From: Camelus ferus
Taxonomy: Eukaryota
Length of the DNA stretch: 64,000 bases
Direction: 5' to 3'
Assembly: GCF_009834535.1 (NCBI RefSeq)
Contig: NC_045696.1
Span: 17,796,001 to 17,860,000, forward strand
The notes below the pieces were generated by a model. The model saw only the letters and a list, made by a program, of their open reading frames with translations, did not search any database and had not been told where the DNA came from. Positions 36,888 to 50,015 of this stretch are shown in pieces. A program made the translations under genes and the position numbers. Every line of letters starts with the position of its first letter. Position 1 is the first letter of the stretch.

Positions 36888-37254
36888 TTTCCATGATGCA
36901 TGTAAGTCACAACTCAGCAAACTCTATATATTTAAGATCTGGGCATTTTTTGTATATAATTTTTTTTCAATTACAAAAACCCTAAGATTAATTATTAAAG
37001 GAGATTAAGAAAATACTTCTCTCCGTTCTTTGTGTGTCTGAAGGTAAGAGATTAACCTTCAAGACTGAAAGCAGGATAAAGTGAATATTGTCACTTTGCG
37101 TGGAGAGAACTAACATGAGACCTGATGATGTTTAAGGTATTTAAATTTTTATTATATTTTGAAAAAAGAGGTTAGGCAGTCTTACTGGCCAAGAGCAAGA
37201 AGTAAAATTAACAGATGAGGAACCGTGTTCCATTTTAGGGAGACCAGAACACTG

Positions 37255-37425
37255 GAGGCTTCTCACAGTAACAACAGGATGAGGTAGACAGCATTCTGAT
37301 CCTGCAAGTTCCAAACAGAATATGATGACAAGTGGTCAGGGACATGTGGAGCTATTTATACAGGTAATAGAATTTGGCTAGAGGGCTTTTGGGATTTTTA
37401 CTAACTGTAAGATCTCAGGATTCTA
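37255..37425 (+). mobile_element. L3/CR1 3' end
   Basis: gttccaaacagaatatgatgacaagtggtcaggga...ttggctagagggc...actgtaagatctcaggattcta. Confidence 0.5.
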
Positions 37426-39129
37426 AAGTTTATATTTTAACACACCAAAAACTATATCTTAAACTCCTCTAGCATAGCTATTCTTGTAAGTATCTGAAGG
37501 ATGAGTTTAACACACTGTTCATCATCCCTCACTGTCTATCACATGTAACACATTTGCTATCACCTTTTAAAGCAGTGTGTTTATAAACGTGTGCGGAGTA
37601 TGTCAGGTTTTATCTCGAGCTTCTTTCAGTTTTATGAGTTTATTTTAATCTTGTTCCTTGGCTTATTTCCTACTTCAAATTCTGTACATTATAGATTTTA
37701 CAAAAGAATTGAGATAAAGTGTTTTTTCTCTCATTTACTACCTAAAGCAACATACAATTAAAAAACAATATATTAATAACATTTTGGTCTCTGGTAAAAT
37801 CATCCTTTCAAAAGTCCTTCATTGATAAAATAAAATTAACTGCTTTATCTAGTGAATGAAAACCTCAGTTTAAACTTTTGTTGAGGAGGATCTGTCTACA
37901 AAGAATCAACTCATCTGTCAGCTGGTTTTTCTGAGCTATAAAATTTTAATAAGTAATAATAATTGCATAAATATAGAATAAGTAAATAAATAGATAGACT
38001 AATATTTAGACAGACTAACATTAACCTAAAGTTGTCAAATGTTTATTGCGATGAGTATGGCTGTATTACAAAACTACATAAAACACCCAAAATCCTAATA
38101 TTACCAACTTTTTAGGGAAAACAAAAGGAAGAACATTTAATGATCTCCCAAAATTAAATGAACACTAGGAATGGTACTCATAGTAAATATGGGTATAGTG
38201 CAGGCAACTGACTAGTCAGAACAGACTTGGCTGATATGAATTATTGGTTTATACTAAATTCATACTTGGATGGACATGTTAAAATGAAAACAAATTAAAA
38301 TTACGCATTAAATATATCTTATTTCATAAGCATATTATTATATTGTCCTTATGTTGTCTTGGATGATAAAAAAGTTTGTTATATGTGAGTAAGTGTCCTT
38401 AGGGAAAAAGTTGGGGAATGCTGATTTAAAATATCCTTCAATGGTCTGAACCCCTAAGTTAGCATCATAAAAAGGGGGTAGGTGAATTCTGTGTGTCATT
38501 GAAACACAAATTAAATTCAAATAGAGGAGAAAGCTCTCTGAGCTCTGCAGGGGCAGGGGTTGATCCTCAAGGACGTCTTTAAGAATAACTAGAGGGTACC
38601 GCACCCACAGAATACATATGAAGTATTTCCTTAAGGAGTTTTCAATCTAGCTATAGTAACGAGGTGAATATATCTAAAAGAACCAGAAAATTGTTTTAAA
38701 TTGGCGCATCTAAGCACATGACAAGATAGTATACTGCCCAGATACATACCTAATAAGATAACCCACAAGATAGGACTAATTATACAGAAGCAAATTTTAT
38801 CTCAAAAAGATTTGCAAATTCAATGGAAGCTATTTATGTTTTGGGATCTATAAGACGTTTAAATATGTTCATGAATAACCAGCAAGGCCTACGGCTCTCT
38901 ATATAGACATTAGACAATTAAAGTGTGAAAAAGAACTAATCTGGGTGAGAAATAGCCATATTTGCAACCCTTCTTTGTGTTCTTCAGAAAGTCCAGAGCT
39001 TTCTACATAAACTTAGCTACAGTCCTTAATTTGACACGCTAACACTGCTCCCAAAATGCTACATTAGGTACTGCAGGTTGATACATGTTAAGTATTCCAG
39101 AAGTCCCACTCAACAAATTGAAGGGCATA

Positions 39130-39580
39130 TAGGTTGTAGTAATAATGGCCCCAAAGATTTCCCACTCCCAGTCCTGGAGCCTGTGAATGTTGCCTTATGT
39201 GGCAGAAGGAGATTTGCCGATGGAATAAAGTTAAGGATTTCGAGAGGAGGAGATTATCCTGGATTATCCCATAGGCCCTAAATATAATTACAAGTGTTCT
39301 TATAAGAGAGAAGCAGAGAAATACAGGGACCAGAGAAGAGGAAGAAGGCAATGAGAGGCAAGCAGCAGGAATGGGAGTGATGTGGCCACAAACTAAGGGA
39401 TGCCAGCTGCCTCTAAAAGCCAGCAAGGCATGGGTTCTCCCCTGGAGCCTCCAGTGAGGACCAGCTCTGGTCTATTTAGACTCTTTTCGGACTTCTCACC
39501 CCCAGAACTAAAGAAAATAAATTTGCCTTATGTAAGCCAACTTGGTGGCAATTTGTTAGTGTCAATAAGAAACTAATAAA
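39130..39580 (+). mobile_element. MaLR LTR MLT1C-like
   Basis: aataatggccccaaagat...gagattatcctggattatcc...tctcccctggagcctcca...aagaaactaata. Confidence 0.85.
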
Positions 39581-40274
39581 TAATGTGGTTTTGCTTTTCT
39601 TACCTCTGCTCTGATTTCATATTTAGACTGTTCTCAGTGCCTTCTAAATCGGCAGTTTGTATCACACTGGGCCTTCATTAGCTCTGTGCTGTTGTTTTAT
39701 ACCTTTTTTTATTTTAATGGCATTGTCCTATTGTCAAATTGCTTATATTAAAAGAAGAAATCATATTTAGTATTCTTTCTGAGTTTATTAGAAGCTGATT
39801 AAACAATTGATTTATTCTGTCTCTTGTTGGAATCTGCACAGCTCATAAAATTTCTCGTACTATAGGTCCTGTCTGATGACAAATTTTTGCTTTCAATCAA
39901 ATAAATTAATCATAAAATGTCATATAATGGGGCAATTTATATACTCTTCAGGGTTTAAATGTGAAAAATATAATATTTCATAATATGTATAACTTTTATG
40001 TTCACTGTAGATTTTTATTAATGATAAAATTATAAAGATATAAAGTTGAATCATTTAAAAAGTTCTAAGCTATAAGTTATAAGGTAAACCTTACCTGTCC
40101 CTTCTCCAGTGCACCAATTTTTTACAATTTATTTACTAAGAGGTGGTAATGATAGCATAAATGGGGAAACCAGATATGGGAAAACTGGAATATTAGGAGC
40201 CTGGAGGGTGTGTCATGAATACAATAGCAGATAAACATTTCTGTAGAAAAGCCAAAGCAGAACGGTGTTGGACA

Positions 40275-40668
40275 CTTACAGGAAAGCATTGTATCCTCCC
40301 AAAATTTGTATGATAAAGTCCTAGCCCTAGTCCTAGTACCACAGATTGTGACCGTATTCAGACACAGGATTTTAAAGAGGTAATTAAGTTAAAATGAGGT
40401 CATTAGGGTGGGCTCCAATCCAATATGACTGATGTCCTCATAAGAAGAGAAAATCTGGAGTTACCCAGGGAAAACCACGCGAAGACACCGAGAGAAGACA
40501 GACACAAGCCACCCACAACCAAGGGGAGGAGCCTCAGAAGAAACCAAGCCCTCTGACATCCTGCCTTGAACTTGCAGCCACAAGAATTCTGATAAAAGAA
40601 ATGTATGTTAAGCTGGTACCACCCAGCTTATGGTACTTTGTTATGACAGCCCTTACAATCTACTGAAG
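40275..40668 (+). mobile_element. MaLR LTR MLT1B-like
   Basis: ttaaagaggtaattaagttaaaatgaggtcattagggtgggctccaatccaatatgactg...ggtactttgttatgacagccc. Confidence 0.85.
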
Positions 40669-42044
40669 ACTCAGACTACACCAAGTCCATATTAGAGCAG
40701 TCAAATTAAATGTAAGTTTCCTAGTCATTAGTTTAATAGAAAATTGCAAATATTTGGGAGTCACGGCTTATTTAAATAAACAAGACTTTACGAGAATCTA
40801 CATAAAATTTTTTGATCTTCAGAAACATTTTATCCATTATATTTTATGTCTGTGTGATACTCACTGGGGACATCTGGCTCAAGACTATGTTGCTGTTGTT
40901 GTTTTTTATTATTCGTAGTTTTTTTTTTTCCTTTTGAGTCTCTATAACTGTATTCGTATAAGTTTGCCATAAACCAGTTTTGAATTCTAGCAAAAACTAT
41001 TTGATAAATACATACTTTCCTCTTTTTTTTTTGTTTTTATGTATTAGCCAAATATTTGGAGGCATTTTAAAACTAAATTGCTCACTTCATGATTTTGATG
41101 AAAAATAAAAAAAATTATGAAGGACAAATGCAAATATCATCCTTTTTTTTTTATTTTTCCCATACTGATGAATAAGATTAGAAATAATTTTAAAAATACA
41201 GTAATATTATTTTGGTATATGGTTAATCCAAGCATTTTCGAGATAGTTAACCAAATGAAGAACATACAACTATTTGTCACTATTTATTTGATATTATAGT
41301 CATTATGAGAAATTTGATGCATTGTTATATATTTCCCACGAAGAATAAAATTATTTGATATGCTAGGTTTAAAATAACAATATTTTATTTTTTAAAAATT
41401 ATTGGTAGCTAGGAAAGCCAAAGAAATTTAAATATTATTAATTGCAAGTTTCTAGGAGCTATATCAAATGCTTACTTACCAAGTTTGAAAAGGCAAATCT
41501 AGAAACAAGTGAAAGGAAATACTGAAAGCATGCCCTTATTTTAGGAACAAAACAATAGAAAGAAAAAAAGGGTTGGATGACATTTAAATGCCTTATTTAT
41601 GGCATGCTTGAGATACCCGTGTGATCCTTCACATTTCTGTAGGATTTCTTCTACTTTCCCCTATTTCTGAAAAGAGTAGTATTTTACTAGATGTGGAATT
41701 ATTTTTGTTACTGGTCTTACAGCTGTCATTTCAACTCTAATAGCTAGAGCAAGTATTTTTAATTGTCTGCATAATTAATGATAACAACTACATTATTCAA
41801 ATTTCTCCTTACATTTCAGAAGCTCCAAAGTTTACAAAAGTAAGAAAAGTCTTGGATTTCTGCTCCTTCTAAATAGAGTATTTTTTTCCTCTAAATTCTC
41901 AAGAGATAACAGGATGGAAATTGTAGTCTGATTTCCTAGAGAACACTGTTGCCAATTACAGGAGCTCTATAACATTATCCTAAACCTGTGGGTGATATTC
42001 AGCATCTTATTAATGAAACAGTGCACCATATACTTTTGTCGAGT

Positions 42045-42413
42045 TTATTTTTAATTAAACTTTTTATTTTCACATAATTGTAGACTTTCATGCAGTTATA
42101 AGAAATAGCACAGAGAGATCCCTTGCAGTCTACACAATATCACAACCAGAAAACTGACCTTGATATGATCCATCCATATTGAACAGATTTCCCCAGTCTT
42201 GCTAGTACTTTTGAGTTTGTGTGTCTGGTTTTAGTTCTCTGTAACTTTATCACATATGTAGATTCACTGGACTCCCATCACATTCAGATACAGAACAGTT
42301 TCATTCCTGAAGGATTCCTTATGTTGTTATTTTAGAGTCACACTGGATTGCCCTCCACCACCTACTGCCTACCACTATCATGTTCTCCATTTCCACAGTT
42401 TGTCATTTCAAGA
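42045..42413 (-). mobile_element. L1MC-type 3' end
   Basis: ataattgtagactttcatgcagttataagaaatagcacagagagatccc...cagatacagaacagttt...tgttctccatttc. Confidence 0.8.
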
Positions 42414-44650
42414 GCAAATGGGGACAGTACACTTGCTGGAGGACGAGGGATCTCACAGATCCCATTATCCAGTTAGCAATGGAGAACAGGGGGTCTGTGA
42501 GCAGGGTTGAGTGCCAACTAATTAGGCTAGTAGAATGGTCAAAGGGAAACTGGATGTTGGTAATAGTCACAAACCATAACCTTAGGAAACAAACAATAAC
42601 CAAAAGGACACGTGAGGGAAAAAAAAAAAAAAAAAGGTCATTTTGAAGTAAGCAATTAAGCAGACTCGTTGGATATCCTTGACTTAGACTTTTGACTTCA
42701 GAGAACAGAAAAATTAGGGAGTAGCTAAGAAGAAGGGAACATCATACTTTAACTCTGGAGGTGTATTTCTTTTATAAAGTAAAATCAGCAATGACTCATA
42801 CGTTTATTTTGTAAAGATGGTCTTTCAAAAACAACACATCAAATCCTTTTTTCCCCAAAAGTGGGTAGATAAAGCAAAGACATCGTTTATTTCTCAGTTT
42901 CATTGTGAACACAGCAGTCATGACAGGTCTTTTTTTTTTAAGTCTAAAAAATTGTCCATTACTCCCCAGTCATAAAAACCTTTGAAATCTTATCTGCTGG
43001 TAGCCTATATTAATTCAAACTGTGTAAATAATACTTAGGATTTTAGGCTTTCGGAAAATAGAAATCCCCTTCTCACTGCCCAGAAAATTGCCGATCTGAT
43101 TTCTTTCCTCAGACATTCCGGCGGGTGAATGCCAGGAGAGAGGCGGAGAGAACACCGTTCACGCAGGAGTAAGTCAGGAGGCAGTTCACGGGCTGCCTTA
43201 ATGAAATTTCTGAAGAATTGTACTTTTCAGAGGCTCTATTGCAAGAAAAATATCACAGTGGGATTTAATAACATCAGAGGTTAGTAACAGAAGGAACATT
43301 ATGGGAAAATAAAAAAATAAAATAAGATCTTCCACTCCATAAAGTGTACCCGTCCCACTGATATTACTAGCATATTACATGTGAAATAGCAGTAAAGGGG
43401 GAAAAGCACATAAAAATTATGATTATATTTTTGCCTTTAAAAATGAACAGATTGCCTTTTCTCTTTACCTGCTAAGGCCTGAGTTCAGGGATCAGTTCTT
43501 CTGCAAGTGATTATGGCCTCTGAAATGATCAGAGGGCTGTTTTTTCCCACTGTGCTTTAGATATTAGACAAAATCTGGAGACAGAGGAGAAATCTGTGGG
43601 AAGAGAAAGGCTGAGTTTTTCAACTATAAATTACTGGAAAATTACTTTGAGGTAGCCATTATACTTTGTTATTTAGGGTCTTGTTATAGTGAGAAATTTT
43701 AGGCTTTCTTGTTAAAAATAACATGATTGGAGTGTTGCTTATCTTATCAAAAGGCAAAACAAATAAATATCCTATGAGTGCGGAAGGAAGACTATAATTT
43801 TGGAATAAACACAGAAAAATAAATAAAATAGGTTCTTATGGGATTAAAAGCAATAGACACCCCTCCAAAATTACAGAAATCCTATTTTTAAAGGTTTAAA
43901 AGTCAAGATAGGAGTAAAGAAAATTAGACAATTGTCCTAAGCAATGAAATACATCCTGTCTTTTTTTTATGCCTTTGTGTGGGTGGAAGAGATGCAAGAT
44001 TAAATAGCATCCAAGTGTTGAGGAAATGATGAAGTAAACTACATTGGACTTGAAAAAGATTGGGTGCTTCTGAAATAAGACTGCAACAAAATATTTTCTT
44101 CTAACCAATCTGTTCTTAAGAGTAAGAGGAAGTTTTGAACCAAGGTTGTGAATTCATACCCAATTAGGATAGCCTACACAATTTGTTGCATGGTCATTTT
44201 TCTCCATTTTTAAATATATATTGGGATGAGGAAACATCTTGAAAGGATGTAGGGAGAGTTCTTATCAGTTGCCAGCATCCATGTTGAAAAACGAATATCC
44301 TCTGACAGATAATATTATCTGTTATCTGTATTTATGCTAAGTTTTCATGTAGATTAAGTATTGCAATATTTCAGAAAGAAAAGAAATCAGAATGGATTAG
44401 AATTGACAGGAAAGGCGTCATAGAGAATAAACTTGATAGACTAGGCAACAGTGTTATTTCCATGCAAATGTGCAAAAATAAAACCACGAAAGTGGAAATG
44501 AAATTTTGGGGGTCTAGCCTTATAATTTTTTATTCAATATATTGAAGCGTTGATTTAAATAGTTACAAGGCACAGGGATGCAAAGACCAAGTACCAATTT
44601 GGTTAAGTAATTCAAAATCTAGGCAATGTGGAATTATGTCCACACATCTA

Positions 44651-44725
44651 ACACACACACACGCCACACACACACACACATATAAATGTGTGTGTGTGTG
44701 TGGCGTGTGTGTGTGTGTATGTATA

Positions 44726-44757
<32 letters not shown>
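44651..44757. repeat. Inverted (CA)n/(TG)n repeat plus (TG)n(TA)n
   Basis: Perfect 31-bp arms 44651-44681 / 44686-44716 with 4-nt loop ATAA. Confidence 0.95.
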
Positions 44758-44758
<1 letters not shown>

Positions 44759-45097
44759 AATTCATAAGTTGGGGGAAATGAAGTAAATTGAGGGTAAAAA
44801 TGTGAAGGATTTAACTCTGAGAGAGGGGTGATTGAGAAAGACTACTTAGAGAATTAAGTACATGTTAAGAAATTAAAAAAATATATATTCAGAATTAAAC
44901 TGAGGCATTTAAGCAGATTTCAGTGGAAAATAGAAAGGTATTAAGCATCCTTTCTGATGGAAATGGAGCCCTGGAAAGTGCCCCTGACCCAGAAGTCTAT
45001 GGGTGGCTTACTCTTCATGCTGTACCACAGAAGCTGCACCATTTTCAGGGTTCTGCAAACCTAGTCATGAATTAACACAAGTATAATTTGAAATCTT

Positions 45098-45129
45098 GTG
45101 TGTGTGTATGTGTGTGTGTGTGTGTGTGT
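45098..45129. repeat. (TG)n microsatellite
   Basis: Directly visible. Confidence 0.95.
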
Positions 45130-45339
45130 ACATAAGGGGCCTGAATATTTGAAGTAATTTTTAATAAAAATTTGTCCCACTGAGAAAATGAAATTTGTCA
45201 CCCACTATATAACATATTTTAAATTGTTTTAAACAGAATTAGCATGGTTGTGGTTTCTTATTCAGCTTTGCTGCCATGTGTGCAGGTTCAAAAGAAATAC
45301 TACATGGTTTTTTTGCCCAAGCTAATAAAATAAAACAAG

Positions 45340-46240
45340 GCAAAGAAAGGAGGTCCAGGGAATGGAGTAAAAGTATTTAGAGGGTGAGGGACAAGGACAA
45401 GAAACTGGAGGTCCAAATAGAGTTGCAGAATTACTGGAATCAGTGTTCTAGATGAATATAAAATTGATGAACAGTGAATTCCCATAATTAGGAGCATAGA
45501 AGAATTGTAGAATTGGTAATTTTAATATAAATACGTACCGCCACTGACAACAAAACTAATGAATGACCAGAGGTGCGAACAGCTGACATAATTTTGAGAT
45601 TAAATTAATTCTTGGAGAAAAATCAAGAGACTCCAGAGTACTTGGAAATATTTTATAGGTGCATTTTGTAATGATCATCATTAAAACCAGTTATAATGGT
45701 AAGAGTATAAATTGGAGGTCTGAAGTTGCCATAAACAAAGGAAAACAATCCAGTGTCAGTAAATGACCATGGCAATGAAGTATCATTGTAACATAGTCTA
45801 ATAACATGAGATTTAAAGCTGAGTGTAGGGAGGCAGGAGGGGAATGATTTGAAAAGAGGTAATGAGGAGTGATGATGCTCCTAGCTCCAGGCCTGGTGGG
45901 AAGAGGGCTGTGGAAAAAAAAAAAAATTAGCCACTTGTAACAGGACTGCAAGGAAATCAGTATCCTTGGGGGAGAGTCTGAATGAAAAAAAAAAGTTAAA
46001 GGTCAGAGAAGAGACTGAAGACATAGAGCACTTTGGTGATTACGGAGTAAAATGCTGGAGGAGTCAGAGTCATTGCAAAGTTTACTCCATGTTCCCAGGA
46101 ACATCTCCTGAGAATGTAAGAGAGATTGAAGCCATTGGGTTTCTCAACAACAAGGAGCATAAAGTGGACACCAGCTACAATGTCAGTGTGGATGGTCATG
46201 CTATAAAATAGAAACAGGACAGAAGGTAAAAGAAACAAAA
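45340..46240 (-). mobile_element. L2 internal fragments
   Basis: catgagatttaaagctgagtg...gggaatgatttgaaaagaggtaatgaggag...gtcagagaagagactgaagacatagag. Confidence 0.55.
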
Positions 46241-47957
46241 ATTTCTGCCCATTTCCAAAAACACTTGTAATTTGTTCAAGAGATACTAAAATATTTAGTG
46301 CAGATTTCTATATTTTAACTGCTTTATTTTTTTTTTTTTTTGGTCTAAAGACAGCCAACCTCTTTGTCATTTTATCCCATATTCCACACAAGTTTTACTA
46401 TTATAATTTTAAGAATATATGGGTCATATGGCTTTTTCCCAACTTAAATTAGTATTGACTATCATGTTGCTTGTCATAGATAACACTTCAAAATTATTTT
46501 AAAAGATTGTTATATAAATAAAAAAATCAGATGTCATATTTGTGCTTATAAAATACAGGTGTTATATGAATGGTGAGAGGGTTCATATAACTTAGCAGGC
46601 TTTATTTTATTGAGCTGAATCTTCTGTTGTTATTATTATTCAAAAGATGCAAGGGCAAATTCATCCAAGACAGTTCATAAACTTGATGCTTTTAGTCCTC
46701 TATAATTTTTCAGATCTGTTTCAATATAAAACAAATCTACCATGCAGGTAAAATCAAATTGTAGAAGGAAAATATAGGAGGCAATAAGCTTCAGAACAGA
46801 AACGCATAGTTTTAAGTACTGCTTTATATTGGTTAGTGCTGCAAAGTGAAGGGATGAACCGTTTCTCAAATATGCTTCCTGCTGTTCTGAAACACCCTGG
46901 GGTGGATCCACAAGACACGGAAATCTTGGGAAATGGTTGAGCGCCTTTCCTACATTGCTCTACAGATTGTTTATCGCTGAAATAATACAGTAGCTTTGAT
47001 TTTGCTGCTCTGACTGGGTTGGTTTGATTAAAAAAATAGTTTTTTCTCTGCAATCTTAGATTATTGCGGGCTGACAAATTTCTGCCGTTCTTATCCCTTT
47101 CTTGCTATGCACAATGGCTCTGTCCTGATTATAGGTGTAGCCTCCGTAGATGACTGGCTTTGATTGCGCATTTGAAGCTTGTTGATTTTCAGGGTAACCA
47201 CTGTTTGTACTAATTAATGACTTGCTTGCTTCTTTCAGGAAGAGAATGTTGATGATTCTAGGAACGGAAAATAAAAAACAACTGAACATTCTATTATTTT
47301 CTCAACTTGATTGGAGAGAGACAGTTAATTCAAGTGTTATTATCAATTGTTGAGGAATAGATTTGTTGTAGAGAAATAAATGAAGAGGGAAAACAGAGCG
47401 ATAAAAGGAAAGTAAATTAGATTTCTTTTTCCTTCTTTTCCTCATATTTTCCTTTAAGCTTAGGGTGTTTTTATTTATTTAAAGTTCTTGTGCATTAGTA
47501 AGGTAGAGTAAAAGAATTATGTTCTTACTGTCTGTAAAAACAAAGTGCTAAGAAGTAACTGCCCTCCTTAGGGATTTTCTTTATAAGAAATACGTGGTGA
47601 ATCCAAAGAAATGGGGGACTACAGGTAGCTATTAGCATACAATGTTTTTACTGCTCTCAAAGAGATGCTAAAATTACAGCTCTCTGAAGTGAGTGCACCT
47701 CTAATGCTTTTCAAAAAGTGTAAGAAAAATATATAAGCCATGATCATAAAAGGGACTATAAGAGAGGTAGTAAATTAAAAGAAAATTCATTCATTTTAAT
47801 ATTCTAGCAGTATGCAATTTTTTTTTCTTCCATGTAAAAGATGGTTAGGCAAAGATCCTCATGAATAATAGACATTTGATAAAGAATTAGTTTTTTAACA
47901 GTTCAGTGTGAGTGAAAGGGGTAAACAGTTAAGGGATGAATTTCTGAGGGATGTACC

Positions 47958-48289
47958 CGTAATAGAGAATAACCTTTGTTTTGTTGGAAGTTTACAGGGA
48001 CACCATGACCTGGCCCAGGTGGAGGGCTGCAAGAACAAAGAATGCCTGAAGCAAGAAGTCTGCAACAACCAACCACATCCCTTCCCTTGTTTTTTGTTTT
48101 TTGGGGTTTTTTTTTGTATAAAAGGAGCCTCTATTCTGACTAGAGCAGGATGGTTCTCCAAGACATTAGTCTGCCATCCTTCGGTCTGCCGGTTTTCCAA
48201 ATAAAGTCGCTATTCCTTGCCCCAACACCTCGTCTCCCGATTTATTGGCCTGTGATGCAGCGAGCAGAGCGAGTTTGGACTCTGCAACA
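47958..48289 (+). mobile_element. ERV1-type solo LTR
   Basis: cgtaatagagaataacc (TG>CG start) ...ggactctgcaaca; perfect TSD TACC (47954-47957, 48290-48293); TATAAAA 48117; AATAAA 48200. Confidence 0.88.
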
Positions 48290-48893
48290 TACCTATTCTG
48301 TTGACAATACCAGCCACGGTCACTTAATACTTTATGGCTCTAATTGGATTTTTTTGTTTGTTTATAATTTATCAGTCATTGAAGTGGGTGCTGAATATAA
48401 AACAATAAACAAAATCAAGATGTTTTCCTCAAATCACTAAAAATAAACTTTTTAAGTACTCCAGGTTTAAAAATTATTAATATTCATATGGCCATGTTTC
48501 TTTATCAAATAAACCTTAAGTGGCTTAGTTTAATTTTAATATAAATCTTAATAATTCTTATTTGTGAACTGTATTCTCTATGGTTTGTTTATTAAGTATT
48601 CATTATTCAAATTTGAAATAATTCATCAATTTTGGTTTTGTTATTGATGACGGAGGTGATATCAAACAATGATAAAATTCAAGGCATTTGATTTTTTAAA
48701 GTAAAGCAAAACTGCTCGTATAATACCTGAACAAGACCTTGGTTGTTAAAAATTCTGGGAAGTACCATTTTGAAAACAATCACACATTTTTCTTGTCCCA
48801 TAGTAAGAATTCAACAAATATCTTTGAAAGTAAAGAATCGTATTAATAAAAATCAGTAAGTCAATAAACAAACAATAAATTTAATAAATATAG

Positions 48894-49413
48894 TTCTCTC
48901 TGAAAATCAAATGCACAACCCAGAGGTTGAGAATTATGTTTTATTTGACGAATTTTCTGAGGACTTCAAGCCTGGAGACAGCCTCTCAGATAGCTCTGAG
49001 GAATTGCTCCAAAGAGGTAAGGGAAGAGCCAGGATATATAAGAGTTTTTGCAAGAAAGACCAGGTAGTCAGAACATCAAAAGATTACTGTTAGTTGGAGA
49101 AAACCAGATATCTCAGGTTAATGAACTTAGCACTTTTCTATGTAAGGGAAGGTGTAAAAGTCTGGGCCCATCAAAATCTTTCCTTTGATGTGCACCTTAG
49201 CTATCCAGGGCCAGCATCCTGTTCTTTCCCATCCTGCGTTCTCTCAGAATATACCCTTGGGGGCTGCTGTAGAGCCTGAGGACTTGGCAGGAGGCAGCCC
49301 ATTTGTCTCCACCTTGGGTTCCCTCAGGGCTCATAGTTGCGGGTGACTGGAAAGGCTTGATGGATGTAACATCCTTTGGTCACTGATATGGCAGTCAACA
49401 TTTTTCATTCACG
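48894..49413 (-). mobile_element. ERV1-type solo LTR (MER41-like), related subfamily, copy C
   Basis: Shares gacagcctctcag...gctccaaagaggta...aggatatata...agaccaggtagtcagaacat with copies A/B; flanks tatag/tacag. Confidence 0.85.
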
Positions 49414-50015
49414 TACAGAAGAGCAACAATTTAAGTATAGCCAAAGTGAACCGTTTATTACAATGAAAATAAAAGAAAAATTATATAACTGAAAGACAAA
49501 AGCCTAAAAGCCTTATAAGAATTGTACACAGCATTATGGATACCCATAAAAATTAATACATAAAATATTTTATATTTTGTTTTTTGCCAAGTCTTCCAAA
49601 TTCCCATTTATTATGGTTGTTCCTAGAGAATAGGTTCTTATTCTCATGCAGGATAAAATTCAAGAGCGAGCCAAATACACATTCCAGAGACAGAATACAG
49701 GCCATCTCAGAAGGTAAGAGATGTGGCCCCAGGGCATGGGGCCATTTCCCATTACAAAAGAAAATCTACCATCAGAGATGGAAAGAATATGTGGTCATTC
49801 TTTTGCAATCTACCATGCTTACCCCCAATTTATCTCAGCTTTCCATTCTTTTTACATTAAATGTTTTCCTTTGTATTTTATCAATAACTATCTTTTCAAT
49901 GCCAGGTATTATGTCTAATTAGTTCTTTGCATCTAGCATAATGCAGGGATTTAATAACTACTAAAGAATAAATTAATGATTAATTAAATGAAATAATTTA
50001 TTAGCTTATTTATAA

